Assembly: GCA_963662335.2 (NCBI GenBank)
Contig: CAXXVD010000002.1
Coordinates: forward strand, 256,001-320,000
Direction of reading: 5' to 3'
Origin: Chloroflexota bacterium
GTDB lineage: Bacteria; Chloroflexota; UBA11872; VXOZ01
DNA length: 64,000 bases
Shown in pieces: positions 29,142-39,384 of this stretch. The notes beneath the pieces are model-generated. The model made no database searches. It had not been told where the DNA came from and saw only the letters and a list, made by a program, of their open reading frames with translations. Made by a program: the position numbers and the translations under genes. The first letter of the stretch is position 1; every line of letters starts with the position of its first letter.

Positions 29142-30152
29142 TCATTCCCGCGAAAGCGGAAAGGTGGATTCACACTGCAAGTGCAACACCTGTTTCAAGA
29201 ACACTTCGGTTGGCGTTTGAAAGTCAAGACACTTGCGCGGGGTGTGGTTATAGGCCTGCACCAGTTGCGCAAAGCGGTCTGCGGAGACCGTCGCCAGGTC
29301 GGTCTTGCGGGGCAGCACCCGCCGCAGGCGCCCGATGGCGTTTTCGACGCCTCCTTTCTGCCAGGGGGCGCGCGTGTCGCAGAAGAAGGTTTGTACGCCC
29401 AAGTCGTGGAGGCGGTAATGGCGAGCGAACTCGGTGCCGTTGTCGAAAGTGGCGGTCTGCCGCCAGTCCGGCGGAACCAGCGCCAGCAGGTCGCGCATGG
29501 CGCTGGCGATCGGCTCTGCGGCCTTGCCGTTGGTGCGGGTGGCCAGCAGCAGGCGCGAATGGCGCTCGTGCAGGGTCAAGACCGCTTGACCGCCTCTGCC
29601 AAAGAGCATCAGGTCTACCTCCCAGTGACCGGGTGTTTGCCGGTCCGCCGCCGCCGCGGGGCGCTCTGCCAAGGGCCGCCGGTGCGCGATGAACGAGGCC
29701 GGACTGCGTCTGCTGCGCTTGCGCCGCCGCCGCGCCGTCCGCCCCTGGGGCAGCAGGTCTGCCCACGAGTAGTCCTTGGTGCGCGCAATCTGCCCGTAGA
29801 TGAAGCGATAGATGCTCTCGTGAGAGATCACCGGCGCGCACCTGTCATGCGCCAAGCGCCCCGACACTTCCTCCGGCGACCACCCCAATGCCAAGCGCTC
29901 CAGCACATCCTCCCGCAATTCCGCGTCTCGCTCCAGCCGCATGCCGCGACAGCGACGTGCTTCGGCCTGCTCCTGCGCATACTCCGCTTGATACCCTGCT
30001 TGCCGCGAACTGTTGCGTTTTACCTCCCGCGAAATCGTCGACGGCGAGCGACCAAGAGCTGTAGCGATTTTGGCTTGCGTGAGTCTCGCGGCCTGAAGTC
30101 CGGCCAACTGACACCGCTCTGCATACGTGAATTGTGTGTATGATCTTCCCAT
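29142..30152 (-). CDS. IS30-family DDE transposase
   Basis: IATALGRSPSTISRE HTH, WSPEEVS, SHESIY, GHWEVD, TFDNGTEF, PWQKGGVEN, PRKCL. Confidence 0.95.
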   Translation of the reverse strand: MGRSYTQFTYAERCQLAGLQAARLTQAKIATALGRSPSTISREVKRNSSRQAGYQAEYAQEQAEARRCRGMRLERDAELREDVLERLALGWSPEEVSGRLAHDRCAPVISHESIYRFIYGQIARTKDYSWADLLPQGRTARRRRKRSRRSPASFIAHRRPLAERPAAAADRQTPGHWEVDLMLFGRGGQAVLTLHERHSRLLLATRTNGKAAEPIASAMRDLLALVPPDWRQTATFDNGTEFARHYRLHDLGVQTFFCDTRAPWQKGGVENAIGRLRRVLPRKTDLATVSADRFAQLVQAYNHTPRKCLDFQTPTEVFLKQVLHLQCESTFPLSRE

Positions 30153-30196
30153 GGCAACACCTTAGCATGATGTTGCACTTCACCTGTGAGTCTACC
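29163..30196 (-). mobile_element. IS30-family insertion sequence
   Basis: imperfect 26-bp IRs GGTGGATTCACACTGCAAGTGCAACA / TGTTGCACTTCACCTGTGAGTCTACC; AAA on both flanks; encodes an IS30 transposase. Confidence 0.92.
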
Positions 30197-30289
30197 AAAT
30201 CCACAGGGGGCGCGACCAAGATGGATTCCCGCCTGCGCGGGAATGACGGAGTTCAACCTGCTATCCTCTCGTAGCGTTGGCGAGGTACG

Positions 30290-31240
30290 ATGGCCGAGCG
30301 AGAAGTGCCGGATAATCCGGGCGCGAGACGCGCCGCGCCGGAAGGCGCGCCGGGCGGATTCTCCCCAGGACCGGATGCGCGGTGGGGCATACCGCTGATA
30401 TTCCTGGCCGTAATCGCCGCGCTGTGGCTCAGTTTTCGCCTGGTGCCCGACCTGGGCGCGCTGGTGGACGATCTGCCGCTCCGCTCCGCGGCCGCCACCC
30501 CGACGTTGACGATTGCCGCCGTTGCCGACGCCACGCCGACCCGGGGCGTCAGCCGGCCGCCCATTCCCACACCCACGGCCGCGTCGAACGGCCAAGCCTC
30601 CCAGTCTTCATCTACCCGTTCCGCCTTCGTGCCAAACGTCCTCCAGTCCAGTCAGGAGCGCGCGGTCGAATCGCTCAAGCAGCATGAACTCACCGCGGCT
30701 ATCGAAGAGGTCTTCGACGACAAGGTGGCGCCCGGCTTGGTTGTGAGCCAGCAGCCGGAGGCAAATACCTCGCTGGCGGTTGGCTCCACCGTCATCATCC
30801 GCATTAGCAAAGGCCCCGAAAACCGCACGATGCCCGACGTGGTCGGCCAGCCGGTGGAAAACGTCCGCGAGCAATTAGGCTTGCTCGGCGTCACCATCGA
30901 GGAAATCGAGCAGGCCAACGCTACGGAGGCGGCCGGTACCGTGCTGGCCCAAGACCCGCCGGCCGGCACACAGGTGGAGCCGGAGAGTACCGTGCGGATC
31001 ATCGTCAGCGCAGGAGTGGATCGAATACCCGTGCCGGACATGCGCGACAAGTACTTTGCTTTCGCCCAGCAGGAGTTGGCCGGCAGCGGGCTGCGGGGGG
31101 TAGTGGGCATCAAACTCACCAACGATTCCGGCAAGTGCGGCACCATTGCCAGCCAAAATCCGGAGCCCGGCACACCTGTTCCCCTAGATACCGATATCTA
31201 CCTCAACATTCGCGACGAGCCCGGCTGTACACCGCCCTAG
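30290..31240 (+). CDS. membrane-anchored protein with three PASTA domains
   Basis: N-terminal TM, Pro/Thr linker, three VPNV/MPDV/VPDM...SQ.P..GT.V repeats; no kinase domain. Confidence 0.85.
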   Translation: MAEREVPDNPGARRAAPEGAPGGFSPGPDARWGIPLIFLAVIAALWLSFRLVPDLGALVDDLPLRSAAATPTLTIAAVADATPTRGVSRPPIPTPTAASNGQASQSSSTRSAFVPNVLQSSQERAVESLKQHELTAAIEEVFDDKVAPGLVVSQQPEANTSLAVGSTVIIRISKGPENRTMPDVVGQPVENVREQLGLLGVTIEEIEQANATEAAGTVLAQDPPAGTQVEPESTVRIIVSAGVDRIPVPDMRDKYFAFAQQELAGSGLRGVVGIKLTNDSGKCGTIASQNPEPGTPVPLDTDIYLNIRDEPGCTPP

Positions 31241-31287
31241 CGCGTCTCGCACCACAAATTGGCAGCGGACGGCAAGGGTCGCTCCCG

Positions 31288-32277
31288 TCACTGTGGCCGC
31301 AACGTGGATACGAACCGCTCCTCGCCCAGGATGCCCTTGGGCCGGAAGAGCAGCATGAGCACCAGCAGCGCCGCCATGAGCAGGAAGCGGAAGTGCGGCG
31401 CGCGGGCGCTCAACTCGGCCGGCACCAGCGCGTCGGTGGCAAACTGCGTGCCCGCCCAGATCGCCCAGAAAGCGAACGCGCCGAGGATCACGCCCTTGGT
31501 GTTGCCGCTGCCGCCCAGAATGAGCATCACCCAGATGATGAACGTGCCGTGCAGCGGATCGAAGACGCTGGGGCTGATGGCGCCGGCGTTGTGGGCGTAG
31601 AGCGCGCCGCCGACGCCCATCACCATCGCGCCCAGCGCCAGCGCCTGCAGCTTGAAGCCAAACACGTTCTTGCCGTAGGCCGCGGCCACCACCTCGTCCT
31701 CCCGTATCGCCCGCAGCACGCGCCCCCACGGCGAGCGAATCATCCGCTCCAGCAGCACCGCCACCACCGCCAGCACGACCACCACGATGACCAGGTAGAC
31801 GTAGTTGTAGTAGGCCGGCGGCACCAAATCGTAGAGCGGACGCGGGATGCCCACCAGCCCTTTGGAGCCGTTGGCGAGCCACTGCTCGTTGTTGAAGACC
31901 AGCCGGATGCTCTCCGCGATGCCGATCGTGGCGATTGCCAGATAGTCCGCGCGCAGGCGCAGGGTGGGAATGCCGATCAGCACGGCGATAATGCCGCAGA
32001 CGGCCGCGGCGGCAAGCACGCCCACCACGAATGGCTGGTCCAGGCCGAACGCCTGCTGGGTGTAGCGCGCCAGTTCGCCGGTGGGCAAGGGCTTGGTGAC
32101 CAGCGCCGCCGTGTACGCCCCAATGGCAAAGAACCCGGCCACGCCAAAGTTGACCAGGCCGGTGTCGCCAAAGTGCACGTTCAGCCCCAGCGTAAACAGG
32201 GCGTAGATGCTGGCGACGATGAGAAAGCCGACCAGATAGTTGAGCAGGCCGGAACTCAGGATGGCTTCGATTGTCAT
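31288..32277 (-). CDS. livM: branched-chain amino acid ABC permease (LivM-like)
   Basis: GLNVHFGDTGLVNFG, LRLRADYLAIAT, SPWGRVLRAIREDE. Confidence 0.9.
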   Translation of the reverse strand: MTIEAILSSGLLNYLVGFLIVASIYALFTLGLNVHFGDTGLVNFGVAGFFAIGAYTAALVTKPLPTGELARYTQQAFGLDQPFVVGVLAAAAVCGIIAVLIGIPTLRLRADYLAIATIGIAESIRLVFNNEQWLANGSKGLVGIPRPLYDLVPPAYYNYVYLVIVVVVLAVVAVLLERMIRSPWGRVLRAIREDEVVAAAYGKNVFGFKLQALALGAMVMGVGGALYAHNAGAISPSVFDPLHGTFIIWVMLILGGSGNTKGVILGAFAFWAIWAGTQFATDALVPAELSARAPHFRFLLMAALLVLMLLFRPKGILGEERFVSTLRPQ

Positions 32278-32324
32278 GGTGTTCCTCTCAACTTCCGTCA
32301 TTGCCATGTAAACAGCCACAACCG

Positions 32325-32670
32325 AGCCGTTCGCCCTGAGCGGGGTCGAAGGGTGAACGGCGGATTGAGCGTGTAGCCACTCCGAACGCACGTCTCTCCG
32401 TTCATACTTCGACAAGCTCAGCACGAACGGAGAGACGTGCGTTCGTTTTCATTCCCTTGTGTGGTCAGCGTGCGGCCATGGTGATTGCCATGAAAACAGA
32501 GCGCCACCTCCGTCATTCCCGCACACGCGGGAATCCATCCTCGCCGCAGCCATCCTCGCCGTCCCCGGCGGGGGACAAGCCCCCGCGCTACGTTAATGCG
32601 ACAACAATGGGGACAAACCCCCATGTTTCGGCCCACCGGTAGAGGCACGACATGTCGTGCCCCTACCGGT
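32325..32670. repeat. multi-family REP cluster inside the liv operon, with a solo MITE end
   Basis: CCGTTCGCCCTGAGC..CGAAGG, CTTCGACAAGCTCAGCACGAACGG, CGTCATTCCCGC..GCGGGAATCCA, inverted REP plus TTAATGCGACAACAATG, GTAGAGGCACGACATGTCGTGCCCCTAC. Confidence 0.85.
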
Positions 32671-32734
32671 GGAGCGGCATGTGCGCATCGACCGCAGACA
32701 CGCAAATACACATTCATACAACGCTTCCAGGCCA

Positions 32735-33652
32735 CTAGAACCGCCGCTGCTCGCTGCCCAATATCCCCTGCGGCCGGATCAGCAAGACCAAGATCAGAAT
32801 AACGAAAGCCACCGCCGGTTTGTAGGTGGGCAGCAGGAACGCCGTCGAGACCTGTTGCACGATGCCGATGATCATGCCGCCGAGCAGCGCGCCGTAGGGA
32901 TTGCCGATGCCGCCCAGAATGGCGGCGGCAAAGAGCGGCAGCAGCAAGTTCCAGCCCATATCGGGCCGCAGTTGCGAATCGATGCCCAGCAGGATGCCCG
33001 CCGTGGCCGCCATGGCCGCGCCGATGCCCCAGGTCCACACCATCATCCGCTCCGTATCGATGCCGCTGATCCGCGCCAGGTCCGGGTTGTCCGCCGTGGC
33101 GCGCAGCGCCTTGCCGATGCGGGTGCGCCCCAAGAAGAGGTACAGCCCCGCCACCATCGCCAAACAGGCAGCCAGAATGAAGATCTGATCGGGTTTGATC
33201 CGGATCTCGAACGGCAGTTGCAGCGCCGGCCGCAGGGCTTGGGTGTAGAAGTGGAACTCCGGCCCCCAGATGATGGACAACAACGCCCGCAGCGCAAACG
33301 CCGTCGCCAACGAACCGATCACGAACATCACCGGCGCGTAGCGCCGCCGCCGCATGGGACGGAACACCAGCCGGTCCACCGCCACGGCCACGCCCGCCGC
33401 GGCCGCCATGGCCACCGGCAGCGCCAGCGCCATGGGCAAGCCGAACGAGAGCGGGCCGAACGTGGCGTCCGGCACGCCCAGCGCGGCGAAGACCGTGCTC
33501 ACCAGGAAGAAGGCCACGTACGCGCCGATCGCCATCAGGTCGCCGTGGGCGAAATTGGCGAAGCGCACGATGCCGTATACCAGGGTCAGGCTCACCGCGC
33601 CCAGAGAGAGGATGCTGCCCAGGATGATGCCGTCCACCACCAGCGCGATCAT
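32735..33652 (-). CDS. livH: branched-chain amino acid ABC permease (LivH-like)
   Basis: LTLVYGIVRFANFAHG, GKALRATADN, ILGGIG, RPQGILG. Confidence 0.92.
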   Translation of the reverse strand: MIALVVDGIILGSILSLGAVSLTLVYGIVRFANFAHGDLMAIGAYVAFFLVSTVFAALGVPDATFGPLSFGLPMALALPVAMAAAAGVAVAVDRLVFRPMRRRRYAPVMFVIGSLATAFALRALLSIIWGPEFHFYTQALRPALQLPFEIRIKPDQIFILAACLAMVAGLYLFLGRTRIGKALRATADNPDLARISGIDTERMMVWTWGIGAAMAATAGILLGIDSQLRPDMGWNLLLPLFAAAILGGIGNPYGALLGGMIIGIVQQVSTAFLLPTYKPAVAFVILILVLLIRPQGILGSEQRRF

Positions 33653-34359
33653 GCCGTCCCTCCCAGATAGAGGTTTGCCACTTCCTCGTTGGCCAGCAGC
33701 GCGCCGCTGGCGTCGGTGAAGCGGTTGCGGCCGCCGGCCAGCACGTAGCCCCGTTGGGAATGCTCCAGCGCCTTGCGCGCGTTCTGCTCCACCATGAGCA
33801 CGGCGATTCCTTGCGCGTTTACGTGGGCGATTTGCGCGAACACCGTTTCCACGAAGACCGGCGCCAGGCCCGCCGTCGGCTCGTCCAGCAGCAGGAGTTT
33901 TGGCTCCAACATCAGCGCCCGCGCCATCGCCACCATCTGGCGCTGGCCGCCGCTCAGCGACGCGACCCTGGCCCGGCGGCGTTCCTCGAGAGCGGGAAAG
34001 AGGCCGTACACCATCTCCGCTTGCTCCGCATAGCCGTCCGCGCGCAGAAACGCGCCCATGGCCAGGTTTTCCTCCACCGTCAGGCTCAGAAACGTGTTGT
34101 CGGCCTGCGGCACGTAACTCAAGCCCTGGCGGACGATCTCGTGCGGCGGCAGGCCGGTGATGTCCGTATCTTGAAATTCAACCGCGCCGTCCGTGGGTTC
34201 CAGCAGGCCGAAGATCGTCTTCATGAGCGTGGACTTGCCGCAGCCGTTAGGCCCAATGATGGCCACCACCTCGCCCGCGCCCACGGTGAGCGAGACGCCG
34301 TGCAGGATTTCGATGTCGCCGTAGCCGGAGACGATGCCGGACGCCGCGAGCAGATTCAC
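33649..34359 (-). CDS. livF: branched-chain amino acid ABC ATPase (LivF-like)
   Basis: GPNGCGKST, LSGGQRQM, LLDEPTAGL, VEQN; GTG start overlaps livG stop. Confidence 0.9.
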   Translation of the reverse strand: MNLLAASGIVSGYGDIEILHGVSLTVGAGEVVAIIGPNGCGKSTLMKTIFGLLEPTDGAVEFQDTDITGLPPHEIVRQGLSYVPQADNTFLSLTVEENLAMGAFLRADGYAEQAEMVYGLFPALEERRRARVASLSGGQRQMVAMARALMLEPKLLLLDEPTAGLAPVFVETVFAQIAHVNAQGIAVLMVEQNARKALEHSQRGYVLAGGRNRFTDASGALLANEEVANLYLGGTA

Positions 34360-35141
34360 CGGTTCTGGCCTCCCAGGTAGGCAGCGAGCACCTGTTCGTT
34401 TTGCTGGATTTCCGCCGGCGTGCCTTCGGCCAGTTTTTCGCCGTTGCTCATCACGATCACCGGGTCGCAGAGTCCCATCACCACCGTCATGTTGTGCTCG
34501 ATCAGCAGCACGGTGATGCCGCGCTCGGCCACCAGCCGCTTGATCTGCGCCATCAGGCTGCGCAGCAAAGTGGGGTTCACGCCGGCGCCGGGTTCGTCCA
34601 ACATGATGAGTTGCGGGTCGGTCATCATGGCGCGGGCGAGTTCCAGCAGTTTCTTCTGGCCGGTGGAGAGATTGGCGGCGTATTCGGCGCGCAGGTGCGC
34701 CAGCTTGACGAACTCCAGCACGTCCAGCGCCTTGTAGTAGGCGTCGCGCTCCTGCCGCCGCACGCGCAACGGCATGAGCCACGCCGCGCCCAGCCGCTCG
34801 CCCGCCTGCCCCGCGGGCACGAGCATCAGGTTTTCCAGCACGGTCATCTGCTTGAGTTCTTTGGGCACCTGGAACGTGCGGCAGAGGCCGTGGCGGAAGA
34901 CCCGGTGCGGCGGCAGGCCGTCTATGCGCCTACCTTGGAAGACGATGCGGCCAGAATCCGGCGCGTAGAAGCCGGAAATCAGGTTGAACAACGTGGTCTT
35001 GCCCGCGCCGTTTGGCCCGATCAGACCCGTAATCGTGCCGCGCCGCACCTGCAGCGAGCAGTTCTGCACGGCCTGCAAGCCGCCAAACGACTTGGCGACG
35101 TTCGCGATCTCCAGGAGCGTGTCCGCTGTGTCCGCAGCCAT
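34356..35141 (-). CDS. livG: branched-chain amino acid ABC ATPase (LivG-like)
   Basis: KSFGGL, GPNGAGKTT, LDEPGAG, IEHNM, AYLG. Confidence 0.9.
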   Translation of the reverse strand: MAADTADTLLEIANVAKSFGGLQAVQNCSLQVRRGTITGLIGPNGAGKTTLFNLISGFYAPDSGRIVFQGRRIDGLPPHRVFRHGLCRTFQVPKELKQMTVLENLMLVPAGQAGERLGAAWLMPLRVRRQERDAYYKALDVLEFVKLAHLRAEYAANLSTGQKKLLELARAMMTDPQLIMLDEPGAGVNPTLLRSLMAQIKRLVAERGITVLLIEHNMTVVMGLCDPVIVMSNGEKLAEGTPAEIQQNEQVLAAYLGGQNR

Positions 35142-35164
35142 GGCATGTCTCCGCCTGTGCTCCA

Positions 35165-35430
35165 GCGCGGGAAGACGCTCTAGCCACTCCCTCATTCCTG
35201 CGCGCGGGAACGCGCTCTAGCCATTCTCTCATTCCTGCGCGCGGGAATACGCCTCCATCATAAACCAATTGGCCATGTCATACCGAGCGCAGCCGCACCC
35301 GGCACGTCATATCGAGCGCACCCGCCATGTCATTCCGAGCGCAGCGAGGAATCTAGAGTCCGCACCGGGCCACCGACACTGGCCGGGCACCCGAGATTCC
35401 TCACTGCGCTACGCTCCATTCGGAATGACA
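35165..35430. repeat. REP-derived direct repeats and an inverted REP pair
   Basis: CGCTCTAGCCA..CTCATTCCTGCGCGCGGGAA twice; three starts of the TGTCAT..CGAGCGCA motif; inverted pair 35328-35430. Confidence 0.75.
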
Positions 35431-35646
35431 GCAATTCGGCGCGACGTGCATTGTAAGGAATAACGGGAGAGGCGGCGCAGCGCGCTTTGCGGGGAAACCA
35501 CAGTCTGGTGGCCGGAACGCAGTCTTCCACGGTCTGGTGGCCGGAACGCGGTCTCCCACGGTCACGGACGTTTCCCCGCGTGTTGAGAAAGCGCCGCCGG
35601 CTTGCTATCGTACGAAGAGGAAAAGCCGGAACCGGGGGAAACGGCC

Positions 35647-37077
35647 ATGAATCTTCTCTTCATTACCGCCGACCAGCAGCGGTGGGACAGCCTGCCCTGC
35701 TACGGCCTGGACTTCCTGCGCACGCCCCATCTCGACCGCCTGGCGCGGGAAGGCCTGGTCTTCGAGCGCTGCTACGTGCCGGCGCCGCTCTGCGTGCCCA
35801 CCCGCGCGGCCCTGCTGGGCGGGCAGTGGCCGACGACTACCGGCGTGCTCGGCAATGCGCACTGGCTCGACGCCGCGCTGCCCACCTGGCCCCACGCGCT
35901 GACCGAGGCCGGTTATCTCACCGCCGCTATCGGCAAGATGCACTTCTTTCCCTGGGACGCCCGCAACGGCTTTCAGGAGCGCATTAGCGCCGAGGACAAG
36001 CGCCACACGTACCTGCCCGACGACCACAGCAAGTTCCTGCGCGCCCACGGCCACGAGCGCGCGCATCCCACGCAGAATCCCGGCTACTTCGAGACCCTGA
36101 ACGCCTCGGTCACGCCGCTGCCCAAGCGCTTCCACGTGGACGGCTTCGTTGGCGACCAGGCCGCCGGCTGGCTGGAACGGAACGCCAAAGAGCCGTTTGC
36201 CGCCTGGGTGAGCTTTGCCGGGCCGCACGATCCCTACGACCCGCCGGCGGAGATGGCGGACATGTATGCCGACGCGCCCATTCCCGCGCCCGTGGGTTCC
36301 CGCGCGGAATTGGCGACAAAGCCTCGGGCGCAACGGCAAGCCGGGAAAGAAAATGTCAAGAACTCCATGTACCGCATGGATCCGTCGCGGGCCACGCCGG
36401 CGCAGCACCGCCGCTGGCGCGCCCACTACTACGCCAACATCAGCCTGATCGACGAGGGCGTGGGCAAGATGCTGGCCGCGCTGGAGAGCCATGGCGCGCT
36501 GGACGAAACCCTCATCATCTATTCCGCCGACCACGGCGACGCGCTGGGCGACCACGGCCTGCCGTACAAGGGCTTCTACTACGAGTCCATGGCCCACGTG
36601 CCGCTGATAATCCGCGGGCCGGGGGTGGCCGGCGGGACGCGCTGCGCGTCACTCGTGAGTTCCCTCGACTACGTGCCGCTCTTCTACAGCGCTTGCGGCC
36701 TGGAACCGCCGGAAACGCTGCAAGGCACAAGCCTGGCGCCGCTGCTCGCCGACCCGGCGCTCCCCCACCGCGAGACGGTCTTCAGCGAGAACATGGGCAG
36801 CCAAATGGTGCGCGACGCGCGCTTCAAGTACGCCCACTACGCCACCGGCGAAAGCGAACTCTACGACCTGGAGACCGACCCCGATGAAATCCACAACCTG
36901 GCGCAGAGCCGCGCACATGCGGATGTCATTGCCCACGCGCGCCGTTTGCTCGTCGAACACAACCTCCACAACCACGCCATGAAGAGCGCCGCCGTCTCCC
37001 GCCCCCAAGAACCCTTCCGCGTGAAGCTGGAAGCGGCCTACTCCGTGGATCAGGCCTACACGGTGGCGGAATCCTAG
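35647..37077 (+). CDS. formylglycine-dependent sulfatase (choline-sulfatase-like)
   Basis: NLLFITADQ, CVPTR (CxPxR), GKMH, PHDP, ADHG, ELYDL..DP.E..NL. Confidence 0.92.
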   Translation: MNLLFITADQQRWDSLPCYGLDFLRTPHLDRLAREGLVFERCYVPAPLCVPTRAALLGGQWPTTTGVLGNAHWLDAALPTWPHALTEAGYLTAAIGKMHFFPWDARNGFQERISAEDKRHTYLPDDHSKFLRAHGHERAHPTQNPGYFETLNASVTPLPKRFHVDGFVGDQAAGWLERNAKEPFAAWVSFAGPHDPYDPPAEMADMYADAPIPAPVGSRAELATKPRAQRQAGKENVKNSMYRMDPSRATPAQHRRWRAHYYANISLIDEGVGKMLAALESHGALDETLIIYSADHGDALGDHGLPYKGFYYESMAHVPLIIRGPGVAGGTRCASLVSSLDYVPLFYSACGLEPPETLQGTSLAPLLADPALPHRETVFSENMGSQMVRDARFKYAHYATGESELYDLETDPDEIHNLAQSRAHADVIAHARRLLVEHNLHNHAMKSAAVSRPQEPFRVKLEAAYSVDQAYTVAES

Positions 37078-37155
37078 AGGCGTGAGCGCAACCTCCGGCG
37101 CGCCAGGCGCTTCGACAAGCTCAGCACAGGCCTGTCGAAGCATGAACGGGGCGCG

Positions 37156-38064
37156 TTAGACCTCGCCCAATTGCAGGCTGGCCCAGATCAGGGCCGCGTA
37201 GAACATGTACGGGCCTGTGAAGAGCAGGCTGTCGATGCGGTCCAGGATGCCGCCGTGGCCGGGGATGAGGGTACCGGTGTCTTTCACGTCCGCCCCGCGT
37301 TTGAGGAGCGATTCCACCAGGTCACCGAGTTGGGCCACGACCGCCGCGCCCAGTCCCACCAGGCCGGCGGCCAGTGGACTCAGCGGGAACGGCGTGAACT
37401 GGGCGTAGAGCGCCGCGGCCGTGACCGCGATGAACGCGCCGCCCAACGTGCCTTCCAGGGTCTTGCCGGCGCTCAGGTGTTGGAAGATGCGGCGTTTGCC
37501 GATGCTGCGGCCCACGAGATACGCCCCCGTGTCGTAGGCCCAGGTGACCACCAGGGCAAAGATCAGCCACCACTCGCCGCGCACGTAGATATAGTCCCGG
37601 AGCGCCACGGTGTGGCCGAGCAGCCAGCCGACGTAGAGCGCGCCGGCAACCGCCAGGCCCCAGCCGGTGAACGCCCGGGCATGGTCGCCGGAACGGGGCA
37701 GCAGCAAGAGCCAGAGCGAGCAGAGCGCAATCGCCGTGAAGAAGAGCGGCGGCAGGATGACGAGTTCCGCGTAGCCGGCCCAAATCAAGCTGTACGGCCA
37801 CAGGAAGAACGCGAGCCCGAGCGCGGCGGCGGTGACGCGGCTCACGGCGAAACCCATGCGGCGCGCCAGGTGGAAGTATTCCCACAGCGCCAGTCCACCG
37901 AACACCAACATGCCCGCCAGCAGCCAGGGATTGCCGAAGTAGGCCAGCGCGAGCAGGAGCGGCGCGTAGACGAGGGCGGAGAGGGCGCGGGTCGCAAGAT
38001 CCTGCCAGCGAGAACGTTGCGCCGCGCGGCTCGCCTCGCCGCGCCTACCGCTGCGCTTTGCCAT
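37156..38064 (-). CDS. cdsA: phosphatidate cytidylyltransferase
   Basis: DTGAYLVG, S.GKTLEG, GDLVES.LKR...VKD.G..IPGHGGILDRIDS. Confidence 0.95.
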   Translation of the reverse strand: MAKRSGRRGEASRAAQRSRWQDLATRALSALVYAPLLLALAYFGNPWLLAGMLVFGGLALWEYFHLARRMGFAVSRVTAAALGLAFFLWPYSLIWAGYAELVILPPLFFTAIALCSLWLLLLPRSGDHARAFTGWGLAVAGALYVGWLLGHTVALRDYIYVRGEWWLIFALVVTWAYDTGAYLVGRSIGKRRIFQHLSAGKTLEGTLGGAFIAVTAAALYAQFTPFPLSPLAAGLVGLGAAVVAQLGDLVESLLKRGADVKDTGTLIPGHGGILDRIDSLLFTGPYMFYAALIWASLQLGEV

Positions 38065-38827
38065 TGCGGCCAGCGGAAAGGCCGCCGAACTTGCGGTCGC
38101 GGCGGCTGTAGTTGGCAAGCGCGGCGTAGAACTCTTTGCGCCCAAAATCCGGCCAGTAGACCTGCGCGGCGTAGTATTCGGCGTAGGCGGCCTGCCAGAG
38201 CAGGAAGTTGGAGAGCCGCATCTCGCCGGCCGTGCGGATGACCAGGTCGGGGTCGGGCAGATTGCGCGTATAGAGGTGCTGGGAAATCAACTCTTCCGAA
38301 ATCCCGGCGGCCGGCACGCCGGCTGCGACGATTTCGCGCACGGCGTCGACGATTTCGCCACGGCCGCCGTAGTTGAACGCGAAGTTGATCGTCAGGCGCT
38401 CGTTGCCGCGCGTCGCTTCCTCCAGGTGCTCGATTGCTACTTGCAACGTGGAAGGCACGGCGTCGCGCCGCCCGATTGAGCGCACCTGAATCTCGTTCTC
38501 CACGATCGCGCCCTGTTCGCGCTCGATCGTCTCTTCCAGCAGTGTCATGAGACCGCTGACTTCCTCTTCCGGGCGCGCCCAATTCTCGGTGGAGAAGGCG
38601 TAGAGCGTAAGGATCTTGACGCCAAAGTCAACGGCGGCTTCCGCCACCGCGCGCACGCAGCGGGCGCCGGCGCGATGCCCTTCCAGGCGCGGCAGCCCGC
38701 GCTGGGCCGCCCAGCGTCCGTTGCCGTCCATCACGATGCCCACGTGGACGGGCGTGACGGGCAGCGGCGGAAATTTCCTTTCCTCTGCCGTCACCGTCTT
38801 CGAGGTCTTGGGAGGCGTCGGTTCCAT
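38045..38827 (-). CDS. uppS: undecaprenyl diphosphate synthase
   Basis: HVGIVMDGNGRWA, YAFSTENW.RP, NYGGR, RT.GE.RLSNFLLWQ. Confidence 0.96.
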   Translation of the reverse strand: MEPTPPKTSKTVTAEERKFPPLPVTPVHVGIVMDGNGRWAAQRGLPRLEGHRAGARCVRAVAEAAVDFGVKILTLYAFSTENWARPEEEVSGLMTLLEETIEREQGAIVENEIQVRSIGRRDAVPSTLQVAIEHLEEATRGNERLTINFAFNYGGRGEIVDAVREIVAAGVPAAGISEELISQHLYTRNLPDPDLVIRTAGEMRLSNFLLWQAAYAEYYAAQVYWPDFGRKEFYAALANYSRRDRKFGGLSAGRNGKAQR

Positions 38828-38829
38828 CG

Positions 38830-39384
38830 CTAGATGGTCAATATCTCCTGCTCTTTTTCGGCGAGCGCGGCGTCCACGCGCTCAATCTCGGCGTCGGTGA
38901 GCTTCTGCAACTCGCCCTGGGCGCGGCGCACGTCATCCTCGGAGACGCTGCCGCCCTTCTGCTTGCGCAGCGCGTCCTGCGCCGTACGCCGGCTGTTGCG
39001 GATGGCGACGCGGGCTTCTTCGGCGCGCTGGCGCACCAGCTTTGCCAGTTCTTGGCGCCGTTCCGCGGTCGGTTGGGGCAGCGCGATGCGGATCACCGTG
39101 CCGTCGTTCGCCGGGGTAATGCCGAGTTCGGACTTGAGGATTGCCCGTTCGATCGCCGGAATGGACTGCTTGTCCCACGGCTGGATGACGATGAGCCGCG
39201 GCTCCGGCACGATGATGGTGGCAACCTGGTTGAGGGGCAATTCCGTCCCGTAGTATTCCACCGGCGTGTCCTCTACCAGCGCGGTGGACGCGCGCCCGGT
39301 GCGAATACGCGCAATATCGCGCTGCAGGGCCTCCGTTGCCAGGCCCATCGCCATTTCGGTTTCCTCAAGAATTGGCTCCAGCAT
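38830..39384 (-). CDS. frr: ribosome recycling factor
   Basis: IRTGRA, YYG...L.QVA, IQPWD, ARVAIRN.RR. Confidence 0.96.
   Translation of the reverse strand: MLEPILEETEMAMGLATEALQRDIARIRTGRASTALVEDTPVEYYGTELPLNQVATIIVPEPRLIVIQPWDKQSIPAIERAILKSELGITPANDGTVIRIALPQPTAERRQELAKLVRQRAEEARVAIRNSRRTAQDALRKQKGGSVSEDDVRRAQGELQKLTDAEIERVDAALAEKEQEILTI

Noticed and set aside
30290-31240. Ser/Thr kinase truncated by the adjacent IS30
   Set aside because: The IS lies in an intergenic REP, no kinase remnant is on the other side, and the gene has its own GAGGT RBS and start
32445-32497. 53-bp segment with GTTTTCAT/ATGAAAAC inverted ends
   Set aside because: Single copy here with no target duplication; too little evidence to call a mobile element
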